Shown piece by piece: positions 33,690-41,398 of a DNA stretch of 44,791 nt. Source of the DNA: an uncultured Candidatus Saccharibacteria bacterium (GTDB lineage Bacteria; Patescibacteriota; Dojkabacteria; J137); the NCBI GenBank assembly GCA_964445405.1, contig CAYUKX010000002.1, positions 1-44,791 of the forward strand, in the 5' to 3' direction. Positions within the stretch are counted from its first letter, which is position 1; the number at the start of each line of letters is the position of its first letter. The notes beneath the pieces were generated by a model that worked only from the letters and a program-made list of their open reading frames with translations, was not told the DNA's origin and did not search any database. The position numbers and the translations under genes were made by a program.

Positions 33690-33940
33690 TCAGAAATTGC
33701 CCCCATCTTTTGTTCAATAAGATTATTTAACAGTTTTATAAGATGCTTCATGCCATCTAGACTTTCTGGATCAAGCTCTAATTTATTTATTCCTGCTTCA
33801 AATTCATTTAGGGCAGTTTTTGCAAGAAATTGGTTTGTTGAACCTTGATTATCGTTAGTTTCTTCGGCTAACGCTTTGCCTACGGCACTCAAATTTTTAA
33901 TTCTTTTTTTTGTTTCCTCATCGGGATGAATTTGTGGCAT
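33686..33940 (-). CDS. Small hypothetical protein, first gene of the two-component operon
   Basis: The 84-aa ORF has a 4-nt overlap with the regulator gene. It looks helical and charged, with no recognisable motif. Confidence 0.45.
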   Translation of the reverse strand: MPQIHPDEETKKRIKNLSAVGKALAEETNDNQGSTNQFLAKTALNEFEAGINKLELDPESLDGMKHLIKLLNNLIEQKMGAISE

Positions 33941-33996
33941 AATCTTTTGTTAAAATTTATTTGTATTAATTGAGTATATCATTAAGGATTTGATTA

Positions 33997-34290
33997 ATGA
34001 AAAAGACTAACTTAAACCTAAAAATAGTGAACGACTTTTTGCCTCAGGCTACTTTTGACTATCATAATCTAGGCATATTAAATTCGTATGAAATTGAGAA
34101 ATATTTAAATGAATTTATTCAGGATTGTAGGTTTTTGGGTTATATACAAGTTCTTATTATAACTGGTAAAGGCCAAGTAGTAAGACCATTGGTAGGTAAG
34201 TTATTAAAGCAATCTAAAGAGGTATCAGAATATAAAACTGCTGGTTACTTTAATGGTCAAGAAGGGGCAATCGAAGTTACTTTAAAATAA
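33997..34290 (+). CDS. Smr-domain protein
   Basis: The pattern DYHNLG ... VLIITGKGQVVRPLVGKLLK fits an Smr domain in a 97-aa protein. Confidence 0.6.
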   Translation: MKKTNLNLKIVNDFLPQATFDYHNLGILNSYEIEKYLNEFIQDCRFLGYIQVLIITGKGQVVRPLVGKLLKQSKEVSEYKTAGYFNGQEGAIEVTLK

Positions 34291-34291
34291 A

Positions 34292-34315
34292 AAAGCTCCG
34301 GTTTCCCGGAGCTTT
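34292..34315. terminator. Bidirectional intrinsic terminator
   Basis: AAAGCTCCGG-tttc-CCGGAGCTTT lies between smr (+) and typA (-). Confidence 0.8.
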
Positions 34316-34333
34316 AAATTCTTTTGTGAGCTT

Positions 34334-36232
34334 TTAAGCTAATCCCATTTCTCGTTTAGCTACATCGTTTAGATTCTTTCTCTTGGACCAATCTCTTTGT
34401 GTTTTAGTTAAGAATTGTTTTCTTAGTCTTAAACTTTCTGGTGTTACTTCTAGTAATTCATCGTCGTTTAAGAATAGTAGAGCATATTCTAGTGTAATTT
34501 CTTTAATTGCTTTTAAAGAAGTTTGTGTAATTTCATCGTGCTTCATTCTAACTGCAGATTTTTGTCTTTCCTTAATTGGATTAACTTCTAAGTCTTGATC
34601 GAATTTATTTAAACCTAAAATCATACCTTCGTAAACTTTAGTACCAGGACCAACAAATAAGTCACCTCTTTCTTGTACTGTGTTTAATGAATAACCCATT
34701 GCAACACCATTTTCCATGGAAATTAACACACCTCTTCTATAGTTTGGCTCCATTTTCTGTACTGGAACATAATCTATTAAGTAGTTATTCATTACAATAT
34801 TTCCTTTTGTTTGGGTTAAAAGAGTGTTTCTTAAGCCTAATAGTTTTCTTGTAAGGATTTTGTAAGTGAACTTTACTTGTCCATTTTCCATTTCCATATC
34901 AACTAATTCAGCTTTTCTTTCACTTAAAGCAGACTGAACAGTTCCCTGGAATTCTGAAGGAACATCGATTGTTACTTCTTCTAGTGGTTCCATTTTTTGT
35001 CCATCTTTTTCAATAAAAATTACTTCTGGTTTTCTAATTTGAAATTCGTAACCTTCTCTTCGCATTGTCTCGATTAAAATAGCCAATTGAAGTTCTCCTC
35101 TTCCAGCAACGTAGTAACTACCTGCGTCTCCTTTTGTAATCTTTAAAGAGATATTAATTTCTGCTTCTTTTTCGATTCTTGATTGTAATTGTTTAGCTGT
35201 AACAAATTTGCCTTCTTTACCCATGAATGGAGAGGTATTTGCTTCGAATTTAATTTGAACAGATGGATTTGTAATTTTTATAGATGGTAAGCTTTCTACA
35301 TGGTTAGCAATGCATAATGTTCCACCAATCGCTGTAGATTCAACACCTGAAATTGCAACAATTTCGCCAGCGGAAGCACTTCTAATGTCTTCGTAAGCTA
35401 AGCCTTCTTTTACTTTTAAGCTCTTAACTCTTCCTGTGTCTTTGCCTGCATCAGCTGCATCACTGTGTAGAATCACTATTTGATCATCAATGTTTACTGT
35501 ACCTCTTTTGATTTTACCTACTAGTAATCTACCTAAATGAGCATCGTAGTCTAAACTTGTAACCAACATCTGTAACGGTTGGGTTTCGTCACCCTTAGGT
35601 GAAGGAATATAGTCTAAAATTGCATCTAAAATTGGAGCCATATCGCCGTCAATTGAATTTGCAACTGTTAAATCGCCTTCTGGTAATTGTTTAAATACTT
35701 TACCTTCTCTTCCGATTGCGTAAAATACAGGAAATTCTAATTGGCTATCATCTGTTGCTAAAAGTAAGAATAAATCTTGAACTTTATCTAGGACTTTTTG
35801 AGGATTTGAGAACTTCTTGTCAATTTTATTAATAATTAACATTGGCTTTAAACCCATTTCTAAAGCTTTTTTCAGTACAAATTTAGTTTGGGGTTTTGGT
35901 CCTTCTTGAGCATCCACTAATAAAATACAACCATCAGCCATATTTAGTGTTCTTTCAACTTCTCCTCCAAAATCGGCATGGCCTGGTGTATCAATAATGT
36001 TAATTTTATGACCTTTGTATCTTATAGAAATGTTTTTAGCTTTAATTGTAATACCTTTTTCTCTTTCTAAATCTCCTGAGTCTAAGATCATTTCTTGAGC
36101 CATTTCGTCTTGGTTATCTCTAAAAACATGAGTTTGTTTTAGAAATGCGTCTACTAGGGTAGTTTTACCGTGGTCAACATGTGCAATTATTGCTATGTTT
36201 CTTATCTTTGATTGTTCAGGCTTGGTATACAT
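34334..36232 (-). CDS. typA: Translational GTPase TypA/BipA
   Basis: IRNIAIIAHVDHGKTTLVD, DTPGHADFGGEVER and NKID are present, with EF-G-like domains throughout. I prefer the start at Met16 (MYTKPEQSKIRN); the tracked ORF extends to a TTG at 36277. Confidence 0.93.
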   Translation of the reverse strand: MYTKPEQSKIRNIAIIAHVDHGKTTLVDAFLKQTHVFRDNQDEMAQEMILDSGDLEREKGITIKAKNISIRYKGHKINIIDTPGHADFGGEVERTLNMADGCILLVDAQEGPKPQTKFVLKKALEMGLKPMLIINKIDKKFSNPQKVLDKVQDLFLLLATDDSQLEFPVFYAIGREGKVFKQLPEGDLTVANSIDGDMAPILDAILDYIPSPKGDETQPLQMLVTSLDYDAHLGRLLVGKIKRGTVNIDDQIVILHSDAADAGKDTGRVKSLKVKEGLAYEDIRSASAGEIVAISGVESTAIGGTLCIANHVESLPSIKITNPSVQIKFEANTSPFMGKEGKFVTAKQLQSRIEKEAEINISLKITKGDAGSYYVAGRGELQLAILIETMRREGYEFQIRKPEVIFIEKDGQKMEPLEEVTIDVPSEFQGTVQSALSERKAELVDMEMENGQVKFTYKILTRKLLGLRNTLLTQTKGNIVMNNYLIDYVPVQKMEPNYRRGVLISMENGVAMGYSLNTVQERGDLFVGPGTKVYEGMILGLNKFDQDLEVNPIKERQKSAVRMKHDEITQTSLKAIKEITLEYALLFLNDDELLEVTPESLRLRKQFLTKTQRDWSKRKNLNDVAKREMGLA

Positions 36233-36332
36233 AAAACTGTGTTTAAAAATGACTTGGAATTTTACCACAAAAAGCAAGTAATTTCTAATGTAGATAATTA
36301 AATTAGGTGATTAGTCAGTTGAACACTACGTG

Positions 36333-36361
36333 TTGAGAATTATATACTAATAATATATAAT
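36333..36361 (+). promoter_or_regulatory. Sigma-70-like promoter for island-2 ORF
   Basis: TTGAGA, a 17-nt spacer and TATAAT (perfect -10) lie ~27 nt upstream of the ATG. Confidence 0.5.
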
Positions 36362-36387
36362 CCAGTGTGCATATACGGAGGTGTTGG

Positions 36388-36807
36388 ATGAAAACCCGAG
36401 CTTTTAATTTGGTGGTTGCGGCAATTGCTGTTGACTTGCTACTAATATTAGTCGTAGTGGCAACGTCACCTTTGGTGAGTTCGGGCAGTTCGGACTGCGA
36501 TGTAGTGCGTCAGGCGGGGCCAATGATTTGGTCTCGCAACCTGGACGGGTTGACAGGACTGTTGGATGGTCAGGATGTCGACCATCTGCGCTCGGTCGCA
36601 CCTGATTGTGGATATCCGCAGTCGATGTGGCTTAGTACGCCGACTTACGGTCCGACGCCCACATTCAGCTGGAATTGCAGTGCCGAATCTGAGAGGATTA
36701 CGCGGAATCAGAGAAATCCGCGGGAGCTCGGCACAGCAGTCCGCAGGCTAAACCAATGTCGCGCGCAGCTCGCGGCGACTGCTACGGCAACATACCGTAG
36801 CCCCTAA
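36388..36807 (+). CDS. Small (139 aa) signal-anchored, 4-Cys protein encoded in G+C-rich island 2
   Basis: GGAGG at 36377-36381 lies 6 nt before ATG 36388. The N-terminal helix is FNLVVAAIAVDLLLILVVVATSPLV. A hairpin terminator follows directly. Coding status is uncertain because G+C-rich DNA yields spurious ORFs. Confidence 0.45.
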   Translation: MKTRAFNLVVAAIAVDLLLILVVVATSPLVSSGSSDCDVVRQAGPMIWSRNLDGLTGLLDGQDVDHLRSVAPDCGYPQSMWLSTPTYGPTPTFSWNCSAESERITRNQRNPRELGTAVRRLNQCRAQLAATATATYRSP

Positions 36808-36814
36808 CGTGCAA

Positions 36815-36837
36815 AGCGCCACCCAAAAGGTGGCGCT
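36815..36837. terminator. GC-rich hairpin after island-2 ORF
   Basis: AGCGCCACC-caaaa-GGTGGCGCT starts 8 nt after the stop codon. Confidence 0.7.
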
Positions 36838-36873
36838 AAAGTTTCTACTATATATTGTCAATCTTGAATCCTT

Positions 36874-37428
36874 CTATTTTATATATCTTGAAATATCTCT
36901 TTGGTGCTCTGGGTGCTTTTTTATATAAGCTAACGATACTGGATCTAAATAGTATCTGTTGTGTGCGACTTCTTCTTGAACCATTTTTGCAAAATATGCT
37001 ACAACAAAGGAGATTGTAATAAACGTGGTATCGTTTGCAAAAACTGTTTGAGATATTATGTATAAAGGAAAGAAGAACTCTAATAGATTTGGATAATATA
37101 TTAAATATTTTGAGTTTTTAGTCACTTCAAAAAATATACTGCCAATAATTCTTAGAACAAAATAAGCTACAAATAACCATAATAATTGGTAGTTTGTATA
37201 CCATACTGCAAGCACCATGTAGAAAACAAATAATAGATCTAGTACTTTATCTATCATCTGATAGGTTATATATCTAGCACCACTTCTGAGCGCGAACGAA
37301 TAATCAAAGGCATCTAAAACAAAAGTTATAAGCCATGCTAATAATGGTTGAGTTAAAAAAAGTGGGAAAATAAAAATTCGTATAAGTATTATTACTGAGT
37401 AAGCAAGTTTAAAGAACAATTTATACAT
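36874..37428 (-). CDS. Polytopic membrane protein, unknown function
   Basis: The 184-aa protein has about 5 hydrophobic helices and native AT-rich composition. It shows only a weak DxxD....DxxxD resemblance (LDAFDYSFALR..IDKVLD) to CDP-alcohol phosphatidyltransferases, which is not enough for a call. Confidence 0.55.
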   Translation of the reverse strand: MYKLFFKLAYSVIILIRIFIFPLFLTQPLLAWLITFVLDAFDYSFALRSGARYITYQMIDKVLDLLFVFYMVLAVWYTNYQLLWLFVAYFVLRIIGSIFFEVTKNSKYLIYYPNLLEFFFPLYIISQTVFANDTTFITISFVVAYFAKMVQEEVAHNRYYLDPVSLAYIKKHPEHQRDISRYIK

Positions 37429-37511
37429 ATATTTATTAGATTTGCTAATTAATTGTATATACTTTAGGTAAATCCAGCAGAGAAGTCAAATACAAGGAAA
37501 ACAGGTGAATA

Positions 37512-37540
37512 TTGACAAAAGTATATATTGGATATATACT
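37512..37540 (+). promoter_or_regulatory. Near-consensus sigma-70-like promoter for island-3 ORF
   Basis: TTGACA (perfect -35), a 17-nt spacer and TATACT lie ~40 nt upstream of the GTG start. Confidence 0.55.
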
Positions 37541-37579
37541 ATATATGTATTTAACAATCGAATTGATGGGGGTGTCAAG

Positions 37580-37912
37580 GTGTTGAAGTCATGGTATTTG
37601 CTGGGGTTGCTCACGTTCCTGGTTTCAGGAGCGATTGCCTCGGTTAATCCGCAGGCAGCGGCTATTTGGAGCGGTTTCGTGAGCATTCTCGCAATTTCTG
37701 CGGGATTAGGGTTTTCCTTAGGGGTAACCATCGTTTTTGCTGTGGCAAAGGGGATCGCCAATGGGTTTACTTTGTTTTTTAACCCGTTCGCGCGGATCGA
37801 CAACCGTGAAACGGACGAAAAAGTCCGTTACATCAACGTAGTCAACATCCTCTGCCTGTGCGCGCTTCTTTGCGTGCATGGGTACATCATCATTGCCGTC
37901 GCGCTCAAGTAG
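37580..37912 (+). CDS. Small (110 aa) membrane/secreted protein encoded in G+C-rich island 3
   Basis: GGGGG at 37568-37572 lies 7 nt before an in-frame GTG at 37580. A signal-like N-terminus (SWYLLGLLTFLVSGAIASVNPQAAA) is followed by two further hydrophobic segments. A strong terminator follows. The tracked ORF start at 37505 lies inside the promoter. Confidence 0.5.
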   Translation: MLKSWYLLGLLTFLVSGAIASVNPQAAAIWSGFVSILAISAGLGFSLGVTIVFAVAKGIANGFTLFFNPFARIDNRETDEKVRYINVVNILCLCALLCVHGYIIIAVALK

Positions 37913-37926
37913 CGTACGGCAAATAC

Positions 37927-37959
37927 AAAAAGGGCGGAATCTTCGGAAACCGCCCTTTT
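37927..37959 (+). terminator. Intrinsic terminator after island-3 ORF
   Basis: AAAAAGGGCGG ... CCGCCCTTTT has an inner TC/GA pair closing a TTCG loop and is followed by a T-run. Confidence 0.8.
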
Positions 37960-38047
37960 GCAGGTCTATTCGACAAACTCCATTTTTTTGCTTGCTCAAA
38001 ATCAACTTTCAAATTATTATATTCTAACTATTTCAAAGTAAATTTTT

Positions 38048-38503
38048 ATGGAAAACAAATCAATTGTAGCAGCGTTAATTGTAATAGTATTTTTAGTAGG
38101 TATATTATTTTTTACAAGCAAACCAGTGGAAAATTCACGAACACAAACAGCAACAGATACTCAATCTAATGCACAACTAACAGAATTAAAAAAGGAAACC
38201 CTAAAAGAGGGAACAGGTGACAGACAAGTTCAAACAGGTGATTTAATAAGCGTACATTACGTAGGTACACTGTTAAATGGTACAAAGTTTGATAGTTCAA
38301 GAGATAGAGGAACACCTTTTGAATTTACAGTAGGTAGCGGAGTCATTGAAGGTTGGAGTGAAGGTGTTGTAGGCATGAAGCAAGGCGAAACAATTAAACT
38401 TTCTATTCCTGCGGAATTAGGTTACGGTGCTCAGGCCGTTGGTTCTATTCCTGCAAATTCAGATCTATACTTTGAAATTGAATTAATGGAATTCAAAAAC
38501 TAA
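38048..38503 (+). CDS. Membrane-anchored FKBP-type peptidyl-prolyl cis-trans isomerase
   Basis: An N-terminal TM is followed by VHYVGTLLNGTKFDSSRDRGTPFEFTVGSGVIEGWSEGVVGMKQGE..IPAELGYG. Confidence 0.92.
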   Translation: MENKSIVAALIVIVFLVGILFFTSKPVENSRTQTATDTQSNAQLTELKKETLKEGTGDRQVQTGDLISVHYVGTLLNGTKFDSSRDRGTPFEFTVGSGVIEGWSEGVVGMKQGETIKLSIPAELGYGAQAVGSIPANSDLYFEIELMEFKN

Positions 38504-38521
38504 AATTTTTTAACGAAATTT

Positions 38522-38547
38522 AAGAGCACCACCAGGTGCTCTTTTTT
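38522..38547 (+). terminator. Intrinsic terminator after FKBP gene
   Basis: AAGAGCACC-acca-GGTGCTCTT is followed by TTTT. Confidence 0.8.
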
Positions 38548-38643
38548 GTTTACTACAAATTCATAATGCAGTAGTAATGTTGTATAGAATTGTAGAAATC
38601 TTTGTGATATTGTAAATAGATTAGCACTTTTAACCACTATTAA

Positions 38644-39258
38644 ATGGATGGGAATCCTTTCTTTGAAAAACCTGCATCTAAGCCACAAAATTGGTTTATT
38701 ATCATATTACAAACGCTTGTAATATTCACTTCTATAGGGATTATTATGTACCTTTTTGTAATATCACCTAACGAAGTTGACGGTCCATCAATGGAGCCAA
38801 ATTTTTACACTCATCAAATATATTTTGCGAATAGAGTAGTTCAGTGGCTAAATGGTACAGAGTTTGGTAAGGTCACAGGCTTTCAATATCAAAGAGGAGA
38901 CGTTGTTGTTTTACAAATTCCTAACTATCCATCTTTTATAAAAAGAATAGTTGCATTGCCAGGCGACAAGATCGCAATTCGCGATGGGAATGTATATATA
39001 AATGATAAGCAAATTTCTGAAGACTATTTGCCACCTGCATTGTATACTAAAGGCGGTGATTTTTTAGAAGACGGTGGTGAATCCCAAATTGTACCGCCTG
39101 GAGCAGTATTTGTTATGGGTGATAACAGAGCAGTTAGCTACGATTCAAGGTATTTAGGCTTTATTCGTAATGACTGGCTAAAAGGAAAAGTCTTCTTAAG
39201 AGTCTTTCCACTAGATGTATTTGGCCTAATTCCTACGGGAACAATAAATTACAATTGA
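38644..39258 (+). CDS. lepB: Signal peptidase I, paralog 1
   Basis: VDGPSMEPNF (catalytic Ser), IKRIVALPGD (Lys box) and GDNRAVSYDSRYLGFI are present. Confidence 0.92.
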   Translation: MDGNPFFEKPASKPQNWFIIILQTLVIFTSIGIIMYLFVISPNEVDGPSMEPNFYTHQIYFANRVVQWLNGTEFGKVTGFQYQRGDVVVLQIPNYPSFIKRIVALPGDKIAIRDGNVYINDKQISEDYLPPALYTKGGDFLEDGGESQIVPPGAVFVMGDNRAVSYDSRYLGFIRNDWLKGKVFLRVFPLDVFGLIPTGTINYN

Positions 39259-39923
39259 AAATGAAGAATCCATTTAAAAGAAATAACACTGAAACTAATT
39301 TCAGTGAAAAAAAAGAGAAGTCCGTCTTAATAGATTTTTTACAATCTGTTACTCTTGCAATTATTTTTTCGTTTATTATATTCAGCATAATTACTCCTAG
39401 CGAAGTAGATGGACCATCAATGGAACCAACCTTCTATAATACCGAAAGAGTTTACACAAACAGATTACCACAATGGTTTAGCACCACAGATATTGGTAAA
39501 GCTTTAGGTTTAGGCTATAACAGAGGTGATGTAATTGTCTTTTTTAAGCCAACAATGGGTAGTTCATTAATTAAAAGAATAGTGGGGTTACCGGGTGACA
39601 CAATTAAAATCGAAGAAGGTAAAGTATATGTAAACGGTCAATTAATTGTGGAAAATTATTTACCTGAAGACATTTATACAAAGCCTGGCAATTTAAGAGA
39701 AGGTCAGGAATATAAGGTACAACTTGAAGAAACAGATACGAATGGCAACCAGATTATTGATCAAGATGTATTTTTTGTAATGGGGGACAATCGAGCTGTA
39801 AGCAACGATTCAAGATACATTGGCTTTGTTAAAAGAGAGTGGATGCAAGGTAAAGTTATTTTTAGACTTTGGCCTTTAAATAAATTCGGAATAATTAATC
39901 CTGGTGACTACGAGTTAAAGTAA
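39255..39923 (+). CDS. lepB: Signal peptidase I, paralog 2
   Basis: VDGPSMEPTF, IKRIVGLPGD and GDNRAVSNDSRYIGFV are present. It has a 4-nt overlap with paralog 1. Confidence 0.92.
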   Translation: MKMKNPFKRNNTETNFSEKKEKSVLIDFLQSVTLAIIFSFIIFSIITPSEVDGPSMEPTFYNTERVYTNRLPQWFSTTDIGKALGLGYNRGDVIVFFKPTMGSSLIKRIVGLPGDTIKIEEGKVYVNGQLIVENYLPEDIYTKPGNLREGQEYKVQLEETDTNGNQIIDQDVFFVMGDNRAVSNDSRYIGFVKREWMQGKVIFRLWPLNKFGIINPGDYELK

Positions 39924-40006
39924 GGTAGGATAAGTAAATAAATTTCTTGGACAATAGTTCAACTTTCGAATAAACTTCTATAAGATTTAAATTTTAAAAC
40001 TAAGTT

Positions 40007-40696
40007 ATGAAGAGAATCCTTATTTTTGGTTGTATTGGTGCTCTGTTTTTGGCAGGAATCGTATCTACTACTATATTTGCCGTGCTTTACCTTAATTCTC
40101 AGAACGAAATAAAAGTAAAGAACGTAGAATTAGCTGCATGTTTGGCAAAACCAACAGAGAGTACAACAACTTGTCCCGATCTGACAGCTCCTACAACTGG
40201 ACCTACTGAATTGACATTTAAAGATGAGGGACAATCCATTGAAGTAGTTTACCCAAGCACATGGACTGGAACACTTAACACTAAACTAAGTGAAGACTTT
40301 GCTTACGAACCTGAATATGGAAAAGTGATTTCTAAATATGAATTTTTAGTAAAAAAAGGTGGAGCTACACTTAAATTTACTAGAATATTGGGTGGTGTAG
40401 ATGGCTTTGCTGATGGACTTAAAACTTCCACACACGATTGGAGCATTATAGCTGGGACAGATTTAATAAGAATATCTCAAAAAGGAGAGAATGATTGGAA
40501 GTATACACATACAGTTGATTGTTCAACTTTAGGTGATCCATTCTTTACTCCATCTGAAGTTGCTAGCTTTGATATTTGTGTAGGGTCTTTCTTTCCAGGT
40601 TTTGGAATTACAGGGGCTAGTACTGCAAATATAAAGACAGGAGATGCAACACTACTTGAAGAAGCTGATCAAATTGTAAAATCAACAATGAATTAA
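40007..40696 (+). CDS. Membrane-anchored/secreted hypothetical protein
   Basis: It has an N-terminal TM or signal (ILIFGCIGALFLAGIVSTTIFAVL) and a ~190-aa ectodomain with 4 Cys. Confidence 0.55.
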   Translation: MKRILIFGCIGALFLAGIVSTTIFAVLYLNSQNEIKVKNVELAACLAKPTESTTTCPDLTAPTTGPTELTFKDEGQSIEVVYPSTWTGTLNTKLSEDFAYEPEYGKVISKYEFLVKKGGATLKFTRILGGVDGFADGLKTSTHDWSIIAGTDLIRISQKGENDWKYTHTVDCSTLGDPFFTPSEVASFDICVGSFFPGFGITGASTANIKTGDATLLEEADQIVKSTMN

Positions 40697-40714
40697 GAAC
40701 AAACTATGTAAATT

Positions 40715-40739
40715 AAACCCTCCTTTCGGAGGGTTTTTT
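40715..40739. terminator. Bidirectional intrinsic terminator
   Basis: AAACCCTCC-tttc-GGAGGGTTT is followed by TTT. It lies between convergent genes and has nearly the same core as the 21863 terminator. Confidence 0.8.
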
Positions 40740-40740
40740 A

Positions 40741-41298
40741 TTATAATGGATTACTGTTCAAATGTTGTTGTAATAAGGCTAATGCTTTAGAACGCATTGA
40801 ATAGCTGTCCTTTTCGGAATCCTGCATTTCAGCAAATGTTTTATCTTGTCCTAAAGGAATAAATATTGTGTCCCAGCCAAAGCCATTCGTGCCTTTCTCT
40901 TCTGTAGATATATCACCTTCAACTTTTCCTTCGAACGTATGGATAGTATTTTCGTCTATAATTAAACAGAATGTTACTTGGGCCACAGCTCTTCTATTAT
41001 CAACTGCGGCTAGTAAATTTATTAACCCTTTATTGCCAAGCGCTTTTGCAAAGTCGTTAATATATGGTCCTGGCAGTCCATTTAAACCATTAAAACCTAA
41101 TGCAGTATCTTCAACAATTAGCGGTGTTTTCAATTCTCTAAAGTAAGCCTTCGCTTTTTCTTCAGCGACTTTTACAGGATTTAAAGACTGAATTTCATCA
41201 ATTTCTACAGAAGTTCCTTCAATTTCAAAACTATTGCCAAGCATTCTACTAACTTCGTTAATCTTATTCTGATTAGAAGTTGCAAAAATTAATTTCAT
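40741..41298 (-). CDS. rdgB: RdgB/HAM1-family non-canonical purine NTP pyrophosphatase
   Basis: MKLIFATSNQNKINE, EDTALGFNGLNGLPGPY, GFGWDTIF and SMRSKA are present. Confidence 0.88.
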   Translation of the reverse strand: MKLIFATSNQNKINEVSRMLGNSFEIEGTSVEIDEIQSLNPVKVAEEKAKAYFRELKTPLIVEDTALGFNGLNGLPGPYINDFAKALGNKGLINLLAAVDNRRAVAQVTFCLIIDENTIHTFEGKVEGDISTEEKGTNGFGWDTIFIPLGQDKTFAEMQDSEKDSYSMRSKALALLQQHLNSNPL

Positions 41299-41398
41299 TT
41301 TTTAAAAATAACAAATTAACATAATTAAAATACCATAGAATTTTGCATACACAAAGCAGACACTTGTACTTACCAAATTTTGTTCTATAATTAAGCAT

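Noticed and set aside
36233-36277. The typA ORF has a 15-codon extension from a TTG start.
   Set aside because: TypA homologs begin just before the G1 motif. MYTKPEQSKIRNIAIIAHVDHGKTT fits that, and the extension is hydrophobic junk (LFVVKFQVIFKHSF).
36367-36387. The tracked ORF starts at GTG 36367 (MHIRRCW...).
   Set aside because: This start would place GGAGG inside the coding region. ATG 36388 has ideal 6-nt spacing from the SD and begins the hydrophobic helix.
18385-37959. The islands could be IS elements, MITEs, a prophage remnant or an integrative element.
   Set aside because: There is no transposase, integrase or recombinase in the window. I saw no terminal inverted repeats or target-site duplications at the composition boundaries. 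There is no tRNA attachment site.
37486-38005. Minus-strand ORFs 37486-37803 and 37718-38005 overlap G+C-rich island 3.
   Set aside because: G+C-rich DNA suppresses stop codons in all frames. These ORFs run across the composition boundary and through the terminator hairpin, and they lack any RBS. The plus-strand frame has a promoter, an SD and a terminator.
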